Assembly: GCF_036365525.1 (NCBI RefSeq)
Contig: NC_090415.1
Coordinates: forward strand, 12,586,001-12,650,000
Direction: 5' to 3'
Length of the DNA: 64,000 nucleotides
DNA from: Heterodontus francisci
Lineage: Eukaryota
The position numbers and the translations under genes were made by a program. This document shows positions 12,690 to 24,959 of this stretch, in pieces (position 1 is the first letter of the stretch; every line of letters begins with the position of its first letter). The notes under the pieces were generated by a model. It made no database searches, was not told the DNA's origin, and saw nothing but the letters and a program-made list of their open reading frames with translations.

Positions 12690-13040
12690 GGCTTCTCAAA
12701 GCAATCCTCTGAGGGAGTCGGTGTGTTTGCTGGGATCGCGCAGGAGTTAATATCTGACAATAACAGTCCTACATTCATGTCAGCAGATTTAAACTGTCGG
12801 TCACTGAGAGTCATAGCGAACGGTTTGAGCTGAAAGATTGCAGAGACCTCAACAGGGCAGAAACAAGTTAAATTTGGGACATTGTGTGCCTCACTTTCGG
12901 ACACGTCCTCGGAATGTGAGATTAATAATGTGGCTGCCTGTTGCACCATATCAGTGAGAGATGAGTTTGTATCGTCGCTCTCCCCTGGCGGAACTTTCGA
13001 GATGAAACAAATCTTACAGTTCAGCCTACAACTCAATAAT
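12690..13040 (+). mobile_element. Possible highly decayed Ty3/Gypsy-type integrase core remnant
   Basis: Frameshifted translation gives FAGIAQELISDNNSPTFMS ... NGL/AER/AET ... SP/AEL, resembling the integrase motifs GxPxxIxSDNGxxFxS, SNGLAER and SPAEL. Confidence 0.4.
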
Positions 13041-13049
13041 TACAGGCTC

Positions 13050-14770
13050 AGTCGTGGGCAAAATATTGGAATCCATTCAGAGAGACAGGATAAACTGTCA
13101 CTTAGAAAGACAAAGATTAATCAAGCATAGTCAGCGTGGATTTGTGAAGGGAAGATCTCGTCTGATCAACTTGATCCAATTTCTTGAAGAAGTAACAAGG
13201 AAGTTGTATGATGGCACTGTAGTTGATGCGGTCTAGATGAATTTGAGCAAGGATTTTTGACAAGGTCCCACATGGCAGACTGGTTAAAAAAAATAAAATC
13301 CCTCATGATCCAGGAAAATACAGTAAGCTGGATGCAAATTAGGTTTAGTGGCAGGCAATAAATGGTAATTGTTAACGGGTGTTTTTGCGATTGGAGGGCT
13401 GTTTCCATTGGCGTTCCGCTTGGCTCAGGACTGGGTCACCTGCTCATTGTGGTATATATTAATGATTTGAACGTAAATGTACGGAACATGAATAAGAAGC
13501 TTACAGATGACATAAAAATTGGTCGTGTGATAGAAAACGAGGAGGATTGCTTTCGGCTGCAGGAAGATGTTGATGGTCTGGACATATGAGCAAAAAATGG
13601 CAAATGGAATTCAACCCGGATAAGTGTGAGGCGATGCATTTTGGGAGGTCAAACAAGGCAAAGGAATACACTATTAATGGGAATATACTGAGTTGTGTAG
13701 AGAATGTGAGGAACCTTGGAGTAAATGACCACTGACCCAGAAGGTAGCAGGACAGGTCGACAGGGTGGTTAAGAAGGCATATGGAATCCTTCTCTTTATT
13801 AGCTGAGGTATAGAATATAATAGCAGGAAGGTTATCCTGGAAATATATCAACCATTGGTTAGGCTACAAATTGAGTACTGTGTGCAGTTCTCATCACCTC
13901 ATTATAGAAGTGATGTAATTGCATTATAGAGGGTACAGAGGAGATTTACGAGGACATTTTCGGGACCTAAAAATGGAGCTATGAGGAAAGATTGGGTGGG
14001 CTGGGATGTTCTCCTTGGAACAGAGAAGGGTAGATCTGATTGAAATATATCACATTTTGAGAGACCTGGATCGAGTGGAGATCAATAGCCCATTTACCTT
14101 CATAGAGAGTGACTCGGGAGCAAAGACTTAAAGTGCTTGGTAGAAAGATTAGAGGGGAAATAAGGAAAAGTTTTCCTCACCTAGCAATGCAAAACTGGGC
14201 GTCCATGAGGGTGTGTGGGCCATTCGGATTAATGTGTACAGTACTGGTCTCCTTATTTAAGGAAGGTTGTAAATGCGTTGGAGGCAGTACAGAGAAGGTT
14301 TACTAGGCTAATGCCTGGAATGGACGGGCTGTCTTAAGAGGAAATCTTGGACAAGCAAAGCTTGTATCCGCTGTAACTTAGAGTAAGATGTGACTTGATT
14401 GAAACATATAATATCCTGAGGGGTCTTGACAGGGTGGATGTGGAAAGGATGTTTCCCCTTGTGGGAGAATCTATAACAAGGGATCACTGTTTAGAAATAT
14501 GGGGTCGCACATTTAAGACAGAGATGAGGAGATTTTTTTTCTCAGAGGGTCATGAGACTTGGGAATTCTCTTCCTCAGAAGGCGAAGGAAGCAGAGACTT
14601 TGAATATTTTTCAGGTCCAGGTAAATAGATTCTTGACAAGAAAGGGAGTGTAGAAAACCGGGTCGTGCTGGAAATGTGGAGTAATCAGTTCAGAAATAAA
14701 CTTATTGAATGGCAGAGCAGGCTCGAAGGGCCGAGTGGCCTACTCCTGATCCTAATTCGTATGTTCGTAT
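13050..14770 (+). mobile_element. Two decayed CR1 LINE RT/3' fragments
   Basis: HSQRGFVKGRSRL, GVPLGSGLG...VVYINDL...TDDIKIG and LRGLDRVDVERMFP motifs, plus a CR1 3' tail near 14720-14770. Confidence 0.85.
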
Positions 14771-14779
14771 AAGATGAGC

Positions 14780-16875
14780 GAGGTACCAACAGCAGCAGAA
14801 TTGTACTCAACCCCAATCTTTAAGCTCATGGCCTGGCATATCCCTCACTCTACAATTAACATCAAACCAGGAGACCAAACGTGATTCAATGAAGAGTGCA
14901 GCAGGGCCTGCCAGAAGCATCACCAGGCATACCTCAAAACGAGGTCTCAACCTGGTGAAGCTACAACACAGGATTACTTGCATGTCAAACTGCGTATGCA
15001 GCATCCGATAGACAGAGCCAAGCGATTTCATAACCAATGGATCAGATCTAAGTGCTGCAGTCCTGTCACATCCAACCGTGAATGGTGGGAGACAACTAAA
15101 CAACTAACTGGAGGAGGTGGCTCCACAAATATCCCCATCTTCAATGATGAGGGAGCCCAGCACATCAGTGCAAAAGATAAGTTGAAGTTTTTACAACAAT
15201 CTTCGCTAGAAGTGCCGAGTTGATGATTCATCTCAGACTATTCCTGAAGGCCCCAGCATCACAGATGACAGACTTCCGCCAATTCGAATCACTCCGTGTG
15301 ACATCAAGTAATGACTAAAGGTGCTGTATACTGCCAAGGCTCTGGGTTCTGACAATGTTCTCCAGTAGTACTGAAGACCTGTGCTCCAGAACTTGCTGGG
15401 CCCATAGCCAATCTGTTCCAGTACAGCTACAACACTGGCATGTACCTAGAAATGTGGAATATTCCCCAGGTATGTCTTGGACACCAAAAGCAGGACAAGT
15501 CCAAGCTGGCTAATTAGACCCCATCAGTCTACTCACAATCATCAATAAAGTGATGGAAGGTGTCATCAACAGTGCCATCAAACGGCAGTTGCTCAGTAAT
15601 AACCTGGTCAGTGATGCTCAGTTTGTGTTCCACCAGTGCCACTCAGCTCCTGACCACATTACAGCCTTGGTTCAAACATGGGCAAAAGAGCTGAACTCAA
15701 GAGTGAGAAGAAAGTGACTGCCCTTGACATCAAGGCAGCATTTGACCAATTATGGCATCAAGGAACCCGAGCAAAACTGAGGTCAATGGGAATCAGTGGG
15801 AAAACTCTCCGCTGGTTGGAATCATACCTAGTGCAAAGGAAGATGGTTGTGGTTGTTCGAAGTCAATCATCTGAACTCCAGGACATCACTGCAGGAGTTC
15901 GTCAGTGTAGTGTCCGAGGCCTAATCATCTTCAGCTGCTTCATCAATGACTTTCCTTCAATCATAAGGTCAGAAGTGGGGTGTTCACTGATGATTGCACA
16001 AGGCTCAGCACGATTCGTGACTCCTCAGCTACTGACGCAGTCTGTGTAGAAATGCAGCAAGACTTGGACAATATCCAGGCTTGTGCTGATAAATGGCAAG
16101 TAACATTCATGCCACACAAGTGCCAGGCAACTACCATCTCCAACAAGAGGGAATCTAACCATCTCCCCTTAACATTCAATGGCAATTAGCATCGCTGAAT
16201 CCCCCACTATCAATATCCTAGGGTCTACCATTGACCAGAAACTGAACTGGAGTAGCCATATAAATACCGTGGCTACAAGAGCAGATCAGAGGATAGGAAT
16301 CCTGCGACGAGCAAATAACCTGCTGACTCCCCAAAGCTTGTCCACCATTTCCAAGGCGGGAGTCAGGAGTGTGATGGAATACTCTCCACTTGCCTGGATG
16401 CGTTCAGATCCAACAACACTCAAGAAGCTCGACACCATGCTGGACAAAGCAGCCCACTTGATTGCCACCCCATGCACAAACATTCACACCCTCCACCACC
16501 GACGCACAGTAGCAGCAATGCGTACCATCCACATGATGTACTGCAGCAACACACCAAGGCTTTTTAGACAGCACCTTGCAAACCCGCGAACACTACCAAC
16601 TAGAAGCACAAGGGTAGTAGATGCATGGGACCACCATCACCTGCCAGTTCCCCTCCAAATCACACATCATCCTGACTTCGAACTATATTGCCATTCCTTC
16701 ACTGTCGCTATGTCAAAATGCTGGAACTCCCTTCCTAACAACACTATGATTGTACCTACCTCACATGGAGTGTAGTGGTTCAATAAGCCATCTCACCTCA
16801 TCCTCCTCAAGGGCAGTTATGGATGGGCAATAAATGCTGGCCAAGCCAGCAACACCCACATCATATGAATGAATA
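14780..16875 (+). mobile_element. Frameshifted CR1/L2-superclade LINE RT region with 3' end
   Basis: ALDIKAAFD, AGVxQxSVxG...FIND and MFTDD RT motifs across broken ORFs. Ends ATGAATGAATAAA. Paralog at 58995-61050. Confidence 0.85.
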
Positions 16876-17370
16876 AATCAAACAGGGTGGTGGTCTGGAA
16901 CTCACTGCCTGAAAGGGTAATTGAAGTATAAACCTTCAAATCATTCAAAAGAAGTCTGGATATGCATCTCAAGTGCCGTAATCTGCCGGGTGACGGACCA
17001 ACTGCTGGCAGGTGGGATTAGAATGGGTGGAAATTTTTTCGGCTGGCACCGATACGATGGGTCAAGTGGTTCCTTTCTGTGCCATAAACGTTCAATGTTT
17101 CTATGATTCTGAGTGAATGCATATCTCTCCTTCTCACCATCACCCAAGCCTCTCGCCCACTCCAGATCTTTCTCTCTCTGCCTTTTTTTCGCTATTGATG
17201 CTGTCTCTCTCCCTCTGCCTTTGGTGCTGTATCTATGTTGGCGATACAGTTACTGAGTGTTATGTGTCTGCATTCTATTGTAGTACTGATAGTCTCTCTC
17301 TCTCTCTCTGATGATACAGGTGAAGGTGAAATACTGTTGTTCAGTGTGATATGGACACACAGTTGGAAAT

Positions 17371-17750
17371 TATAATAATAAAAGCAAAATACTGCGGATG
17401 CTGGAAATCTGAAATAAAAACAAGAAATGCTGCAAATACTCAGCATGTCTGGTAGCATCTGTGGAGGGAGAAGCAGAGTTAACGTTTCGTGTCAGTGACC
17501 TTTCTTCGTACCGCTTCACCCCTATGTCACCTTCACCTGTATCATCAGAGAGAGAGACACACACAGACAGACATAGTCCCTCACTCGCTCTATCAGTACT
17601 GCAATAGAATGCATACATAAAACACTCACTAACTGTATCGTGAACACAGATACAGCACCAAAGGCAGAGGGAGAGACACAATTCCGAAGAAAGAGTCACT
17701 GACCCGAAACGTTAACTCTGTTTCTCTCTCCACAGATGATGCCAGACCTT
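17371..17750. mobile_element. Composite insertion: inverted Penelope terminal repeats flanking an inverted copy of local sequence
   Basis: TTGGAAAT direct repeats at 17363-17370 and 17751-17758. Absent at the paralogous site 61541-61560. Penelope termini at 17371-17511 (-) and 17680-17750 (+). Confidence 0.75.
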
Positions 17751-18404
17751 TTGGAAATGTAAGACTGATACACTCTCTCTCCCTCTCTCACCCCTCTCTC
17801 TCTCTTTCATTCTCCCTCTCTCTGTCCCTCTGTTGCTGTATATTAAAGGGTTAATGGTGTTATTGAGCGTGTTATGGACACGCTGAACAGACGGTGTCTT
17901 CAGTCCTGCATCGAAGGTCGGAGAGAACCAACCTGTCACTGCCTGGAACAAAAAAAAAACACAGCGTCTGAATGTGGGATTATTCTGTAACTGGACATCT
18001 CTCCTTGTTGACAATGGGATGTCTGGGACACCTGGAAAAATATGGATAGACTATAGGAAGAGACAGTCGATAATTTGTATTTTCACCGTCAGGAAACATG
18101 TTTCTGTGTGCGATCAATAACATCAAACCGGACAGTAGTTTGAACACATTCAAAGCTGTGATTTGCTCTTGCCGTCGAACCTGATAAACAGACAACATTC
18201 GCAGCGCCAGTCTCAGAGTATTTAACATTTACTGAGTCTAGAAAATACAAATACCCACCGTGAATCCGCAGCACAGGCCGAGCGGAGGGGAAATCCTGTC
18301 CTGGGAACGCTAAATTGAGCGAACAGTTCGGCCTGAGAGTGTGTGGATGTGAATATTGTGGAAGAGAGTGTATTAAAGGGGCGGGCGCGTTATTCTAATG
18401 CCAC

Positions 18405-18830
18405 TGTGTTTGTGGGTCTGGTCTCATCGTCGGATTTCCGAGTCCCTCTTGCGTAAAATAACAAGATTTTCCAGTCAAAGAAGCACTTTGCTCCCCTTCT
18501 AATCCTCAAAGTGGGAATTCAGTGTTGTTTGTTTGTTGATTTCAAGATTTTAGTCGAAAAGTATGGAACATGTCAGCGATCGGCTGAGAGTCATCAGTGC
18601 AGCAATGAAACGGGTTTCAGTCGAAAATGGAGTCTTTACTTCAAGTGAAACCTTTGTGACAGCAAACATTCTGATGTCAGAGACAGGAAGGATCTAGCCT
18701 GGGACTCTGGAATACCCGAATTTCAGTGGAATTGGAGAGTTTAGGACCAGAGAGAAACACAGAGAGGCAGCAGGAGCCGGGAGCTGACAGCAGGTTGTCT
18801 CCGCCCCGTCCGTTCGCTGCCTTTAAGTTG
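18405..18830 (+). promoter_or_regulatory. H1 promoter: TG box, H1/AC box, GC box, TATA-like element
   Basis: TGTGTTT 18405-18411, AAACACA 18755-18761, CTCCGCCCC ~18800, CTTTAAG ~18821. Confidence 0.75.
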
Positions 18831-18905
18831 CTCAGTGCCGCCACCACCAGCTTCATTTCTGACCCAGTTCTGACTGACAGAGAGACTTTGTGCAGATTCC
18901 TGGAC

Positions 18906-19589
18906 ATGACCGATACTGCAGCCGCCGAAACGGCTCCTCCAGCCGCCGCCGCTCAAGTCAAGACTCCCAAGAAGAAGAAGGCGGCTCCTCGGAAAGGGTT
19001 AGGCGGTCCCAAGTTGGGCGAGCTGATCCTCAAGACTGTGGCGGAATGCAGTGTCCGCAGTGGGATGTCACTGCAGGCAATAAAGAAGGCTCTGCGTGTT
19101 AAAGGTGTCGATGTGGAGAAGGGCAAGTTCTAAATCAAGCAAAGTATCAAGCGGCTTGTGGCGAAAGAATTCCTGGTGCAGACGAAGGGCACGGGGGCTT
19201 CCGGCACCTTCAAAATCGCGAAACAGGAAAAGAAGGGAAATGTGGTGAAGAAGATTAAGACAGGAACAGCCAAGAGATCTTTAGTGAAGAAAACAGCTGC
19301 CAAGAAACTGATCACAAAGAAAACAGCCAAGAAATCCCCAGGGAAGAAAATAGTCTCCAAGAAAGTGAGCAGCAAGAAGACGGCAGCCAAGAAAGTGAGC
19401 ACCAAGAAGACGGCAACACCAAAGAAGGCGGTAAAGAAAGCAACGCTTCCAAAAAAATCTCCAGCGAAGAATGCCAATAAAACCAAGAGGGCCACGGGCG
19501 GAAAGCCGCCCAAGAAAGTCCAATCATCAAGGGGCGGGAAGAAGCCGAAAGCAGCAAAGGCTCAGAAAGCAGCCCCTGGAAAGAAGTGA
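18906..19589 (+). pseudogene. H1: Histone H1 with an in-frame premature stop in the globular domain
   Basis: Same length (684 nt) and near-identical to the intact H1 at 62793-63476, but TAA at 19131-19133 where the other copy has CCA. Confidence 0.9.
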
Positions 19590-19625
19590 GACAGCACGGG
19601 AAACTTGTAGACATCTGAACCCAAA

Positions 19626-19641
19626 GGCTCTTTTCAGAGCC
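19626..19641 (+). terminator. Histone 3' stem-loop (H1), followed by a U7-binding purine-rich element
   Basis: GGCTCTTTTCAGAGCC then ACCCA, with GGAAAGAGCTG about 15 nt downstream. Confidence 0.97.
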
Positions 19642-20346
19642 ACCCACGTCTCTCAGGAAAGAGCTGATCCCCCGATCAAATGATCCCTGTCCCGCAGTCG
19701 TGTGCACATTTCACCTAGAAATGATTTGAAGTAAATCCAAGTTCCCTGGTGACTCTCAACCCAGCCCTTCCTCACTCTCTGCAACAAATCAGGGATGTCC
19801 GGGCCTCACTGTACCCGGGTATATGTTCGGTGAAGTCTCAGTTCATGCCCGTTTCAGGGCGACAGCCTGTAACACAGTAACAAGGGCGAGATACCCCGCG
19901 TCACATCTCAAACCCCAATACATGATTTTGTATAATTCAGCTGGGGTTCGGTTTCAGTAAACTGTTCAATCCGTCTGGGAGGAGAGGTGTGCCGAAACAG
20001 GTTGACTTGTGATCGGAAGCACTGCACTTAGGCTTGTATATTACTAACTTTTATTTGTTACAGATCCGTATTTAGACCGCCGGTTTTTGTTATCATTGGC
20101 GATAAAGGCCGAATCTCCATGTTTTATGCTGAGCTCTAATGTCGAGAACTGTTTTTTTTTGAATTGGCGGTTCGAGCAAGTGGGAGGCGGAGCGAGAGGA
20201 TCAAAGACATTTCTCTGCTCTGTCTGTCACTCAGTTTCCTCCAGACCCGCCTCTGGCTCTCTGTCTCTTTCTCAGTCAGGTCGGGGCAGGCTGGATAAAA
20301 AGGCAGCAGAAACTACTCGTTTCTCATTCAGAATCGGTTTGTCTGA

Positions 20347-20667
<321 letters not shown>

Positions 20668-20697
20668 ACAAATCCACCTTGTCTACCAAAAACAAAA

Positions 20698-20713
20698 GGC
20701 TCTTCTAAGAGCC
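20698..20713 (+). terminator. Histone 3' stem-loop (H4)
   Basis: GGCTCTTCTAAGAGCC followed by ACCCA. Confidence 0.95.
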
Positions 20714-21081
20714 ACCCAAAACCTCATATAGAGATAAGTGACCTTGAAACTGCAGCGGGGATGTCTTGGGATGTGAAATTGTTGTAGCTCATCCAATGTT
20801 ATGTGGACTTTATCAGATCAGTATTGGGTTGCATTTGATCATGTCCATTGCCGACCTGAACTGCCGGTAAAGATGTGGAAACGGATTTACTCCCGTTGGA
20901 GTAAGAAATGGCCGGAGCTTTATTCCCGCCAGAGACCGAACAGGGAATGAATCCCAATTCAAACCGTGTTGGAAGACACAGAGGGAGATCCAGGGCGGAA
21001 AAAAATCACGCTAAAAGCAATGAGATTTTATAATTGTTCCCGCCAAATTCGGTTTTATTTAATCTTTGAGTAGTTTGCTAA

Positions 21082-21255
21082 TTTGAAATTGGCGGGCTTT
21101 TTGAAATTGATGAAATTTCAGTTGCAGTTCAACCAATCAGGGAGCAGCAATTCCCACCGCCCTTTTCCATCCCAGTCATCGTTTCAAATAGGATGATGGA
21201 CGGTGCTTCATCCAATCACAACATTAGGGCGGTCCTTCGACTGTCTTAAATAGGC
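21082..21255 (+). promoter_or_regulatory. H3 promoter: CHR/E2F-like motif, two CCAAT boxes, TATA-like element
   Basis: TTTGAAATTGGCGGG at 21082, CCAAT at ~21133 and ~21212, CTTAAATAGG at ~21245. Confidence 0.7.
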
Positions 21256-21307
21256 AGTCCCTGAGCAGCTTCAGCATTAAACGTGACATTGTGTAAGGTT
21301 TCCGTAG

Positions 21308-21721
<414 letters not shown>

Positions 21722-21764
21722 ACTGACCCTGCCCTGAACTGAGTTCGGCATCAAATACCACAAC

Positions 21765-21780
21765 GGCTCTTTTAAGAGCC
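21765..21780 (+). terminator. Histone 3' stem-loop (H3)
   Basis: GGCTCTTTTAAGAGCC then ACCA, with AAAGAAAGAGTTG downstream. Confidence 0.97.
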
Positions 21781-22198
21781 ACCAAATCGACAAAAGAAAG
21801 AGTTGTGATCTCATGTTCATTCCAGCACATAAACGTCTCAGAAGGTTTTGATCACTTATTTACTCAAAGCCGGGAGACACAATTACTTATATCTGCATCC
21901 GGTAGCTGGAGATTTCATGACGTGTCTGTTGTAAGATCTAGAGTAGCGATACCAATGTGCACAGCGCATTTTAATAGACCGGCGATCGTTTTAGAACTGA
22001 ACAAATGTTTGTGGTACATAAAGGGTAGAATGGTAAAAGTGCCTTTCCAATAGGGTCTGAGGGAATTAAAATGTATTTCATCTGATGAGCAACTAAATGC
22101 CAAAATCCAGTACACTTCATTCCAACACAAAACAATGATAACAGTATAATATTACAGTCTCTCAGACAGTAACCAGCCCTTTCACAGATAAAGTGGGT

Positions 22199-22214
22199 GG
22201 CTCTGAAAAGAGCC
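22199..22214 (-). terminator. Histone 3' stem-loop (H2A copy 1)
   Basis: Reverse strand reads GGCTCTTTTCAGAGCC ACCCA, then GAAAGGGCTG. Confidence 0.97.
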
Positions 22215-22244
22215 TTTGGGTTCACAGATTCAAGTCAGGCCGCT

Positions 22245-22754
<510 letters not shown>

Positions 22755-23435
22755 TCATTGTACTGTACATGTAACCAATCAGAGAGCTGCTCAATTCACC
22801 AATCACAAGAAGACAGTGAGTTGAGAGCGGAAAATAAGAGCGCGAAATGGTCAGGCTCCCAACGATATTTCACATTTGAAAAGCCCGCCAATATATTTGT
22901 AAAACAAGGGGCGGCTTCAATATAGAATATCACATTTATAGGCTATATTGTTTTACAGAAAACATTGCAAAAACATTTTCATTTTTTTATTCCACATTTT
23001 GTCCCAGATTCGCTTTTGTAATCCGCCATGTATTCTGCTTTATTCTTTTTCATGATACAGTCTAACCAGCGGCTGAAAGACTCATTCACAGCATTTTGTA
23101 ACCGGACACATTTCAGGTCAATCTTAGTAATTATACTGTATCACTGATTCTGGATTGATCCCTTTTCGTGGGAGACAAAAGCGGAGTATAGATTTTAGGT
23201 GTCACGGGTTAGAGACTGAGGTTGCCGAAACCAACGGGATTTCTTAACAATGTACTTATTCATAAAGATAGCCAAACTTCAACCCGGCAACCAAGTAACT
23301 GAGAACATCTTTAAATTGACCGGATTTAAACAGAGATTTACAGCCGCCATCAAAAATTTGCAGAGTATTCGTATTAACATAAAAAGAAATCGATAATCAA
23401 GATGATGTTGTAGCTATTTCAGAGAAGTTGTGGGT

Positions 23436-23451
23436 GGCTCTTAAAAGAGCC
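23436..23451 (-). terminator. Histone 3' stem-loop (H2B copy 1)
   Basis: Reverse strand reads GGCTCTTTTAAGAGCC ACCCA. Confidence 0.97.
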
Positions 23452-23489
23452 TTTTTTGTCTATTGTGTTTTTCAGTCCATGGCGGATAT

Positions 23490-23870
23490 TTACTTGGAGC
23501 TGGTGTACTTGGTGACCGCCTTTGTACCTTCCGACACGGCGTGTTTGGCCAGCTCCCCGGGCAGCAGCAGGCGCACGGCGGTCTGGATCTCCCGGGAGCT
23601 GATGGTGCTGCGTTTGTTGTAATGGGCCAGACGGGAAGCCTCACCCGCGATTCGCTCGAAAATATCATTCACAAACGAATTCATGATGCTCATGGCTTTG
23701 GAGGAGATGCCGGTGTCAAGGTGAACCTGCTTCATCACTTTGTACACGTAGATGGAATAACTTTCTCTCCTGGATTTTCTCCGTTTCTTGGTGCCCTTTG
23801 TTGGCGCCTTCTTCAGAACTTTCTTGGCGCCCTTCTTGGAAGCTGCTGCAGTTTTCTTCTCGTCAACCAT
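23490..23870 (-). CDS. H2B: Histone H2B (copy 1), 126 aa, with VHLD instead of the conserved VHPD
   Basis: MVDEKK...[25 protein letters not shown]...[12 protein letters not shown] at 23870. Confidence 0.97.
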   Translation of the reverse strand: MVDEKKTAAASKKGAKKVLKKAPTKGTKKRRKSRRESYSIYVYKVMKQVHLDTGISSKAMSIMNSFVNDIFERIAGEASRLAHYNKRSTISSREIQTAVRLLLPGELAKHAVSEGTKAVTKYTSSK

Positions 23871-23919
23871 GATCACGATTAACTTCAAACACAGAATAAC
23901 CGAAATTTCGCTCCAAGCT

Positions 23920-23990
23920 CGCATTTTATAGACATCCCCTGAACCCTATGCTAATGAAGGATGGGAGAAGGCCATGTTCATGATTGGCTG
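23920..23990 (-). promoter_or_regulatory. H2B promoter: TATA, variant octamer, CCAAT
   Basis: Reverse strand has TATAAAA (~23923-23929), ATTAGCAT (23948-23955; canonical ATTTGCAT) and CCAAT (~23983). The same arrangement occurs at 35080-35145. Confidence 0.85.
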
Positions 23991-24018
23991 GTTTACAATG
24001 ATGTCACTGTCTGATGTT

Positions 24019-24320
24019 GGGCGGCACAGTGGCGCAGTGGTTCGCACCGCAGCCTCACAGCTCCAGTGACCCGAGTTCAATTCCAGGCACTGCCTGTGTG
24101 GAGTTTGCAAGTTCTCCCTGTGTCTGCGTGGTTTTCCTCCAGGTGCTCCGGTTTCCTCCCACATGCTGGTTGATAGGTTAATTGGCCATTCTAAAAATAG
24201 GTGGGGATGTGGTAGGAATATGGAATTAGTGAAGGATGAGTATAAATGGGTGGTTGATGGTCGGCACAGACTCGGTGGGACGAAGGGCCTGTTTCAGTGC
24301 TGCATCTCTAAAACTAAAAC
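24019..24320 (+). mobile_element. V-SINE (HE1-like) inserted in the H2B copy 1 upstream promoter
   Basis: A box TGGCGCAGTGG, B box GAGTTCAATTCC, V-domain and CR1-like tail. Absent from the paralogous site at ~35176. Confidence 0.9.
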
Positions 24321-24959
24321 GAAAGGCTAAATCTGTCTGATTGGATATCTAAAGTAACCAATCACACTTCATGCCTATCACAGCCACAAACTGACGCAGC
24401 AGTCAGATCGTCCAAACCCCTTTGCCCGAACTTAACCATGACTTTCTGAGTCCCTCTGCCTCTTCATCCATTTCCATTTTGCTGGTACGAACACGTCTAT
24501 TTTTTCACTCTGTACATATAATTTCTCGACACTTCCATTCCTTATCAGGATGTACCGCCCTGCTGCACTTCCCTCCATCACCAGGACGGAACCGTCCAGT
24601 GTAGTTGGGGTCAGACATGGGCAAGTGCAAGCATTGAAGTGCAAGTCTTTAAATCTACGTTGCGCGCCAAATAAGGTTGGTCAGCTGCAGCTACAAGTAA
24701 CCACATGAAAGATTTATATAGTGGCAATTACATAATTCTGGCTGAAACTAGGCGAGGCATGGGAACTTATTATTACTGGCTACAAATATTCAGCAAGACA
24801 GGTCTGAAAAAATATGGAGGGTTGTGGAGTGGAAAGAGTTGATCAAATATAATATGATAACACTGCCAGCGATGATGTTTTTGAGTTATTAACAAAAGAA
24901 TCTATTTGGTCATATATACGGAATATGGCAGGAGGAAATGCATGGACATTCTGGGTCGT

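Larger units (their letters stand above)
478..20113 (+). repeat. Unit A of a ~43.9 kb tandem segmental duplication (aligns with 40864-64000)
   Basis: Colinear near-identical anchors: 478/40864, 957/44716, 1696/45253, 3409/46956, 5470/48521, 8095/50710, 9736/52361, H1 ATG 18906/62793, 20113/64000. Confidence 0.95.

Noticed and set aside
24019-24090. tRNA genes at SINE heads (also ~10370-10430, 31725-31790, 41630-41690, 53350-53417)
   Set aside because: The A/B boxes continue directly into the V-SINE body and CR1-derived tail; these are not standalone tRNAs.
24610-24810. A gene divergently transcribed from the H2B promoter
   Set aside because: The sequence translates as a stop-containing CR1 endonuclease N-terminus remnant; no histone or other CDS was found.
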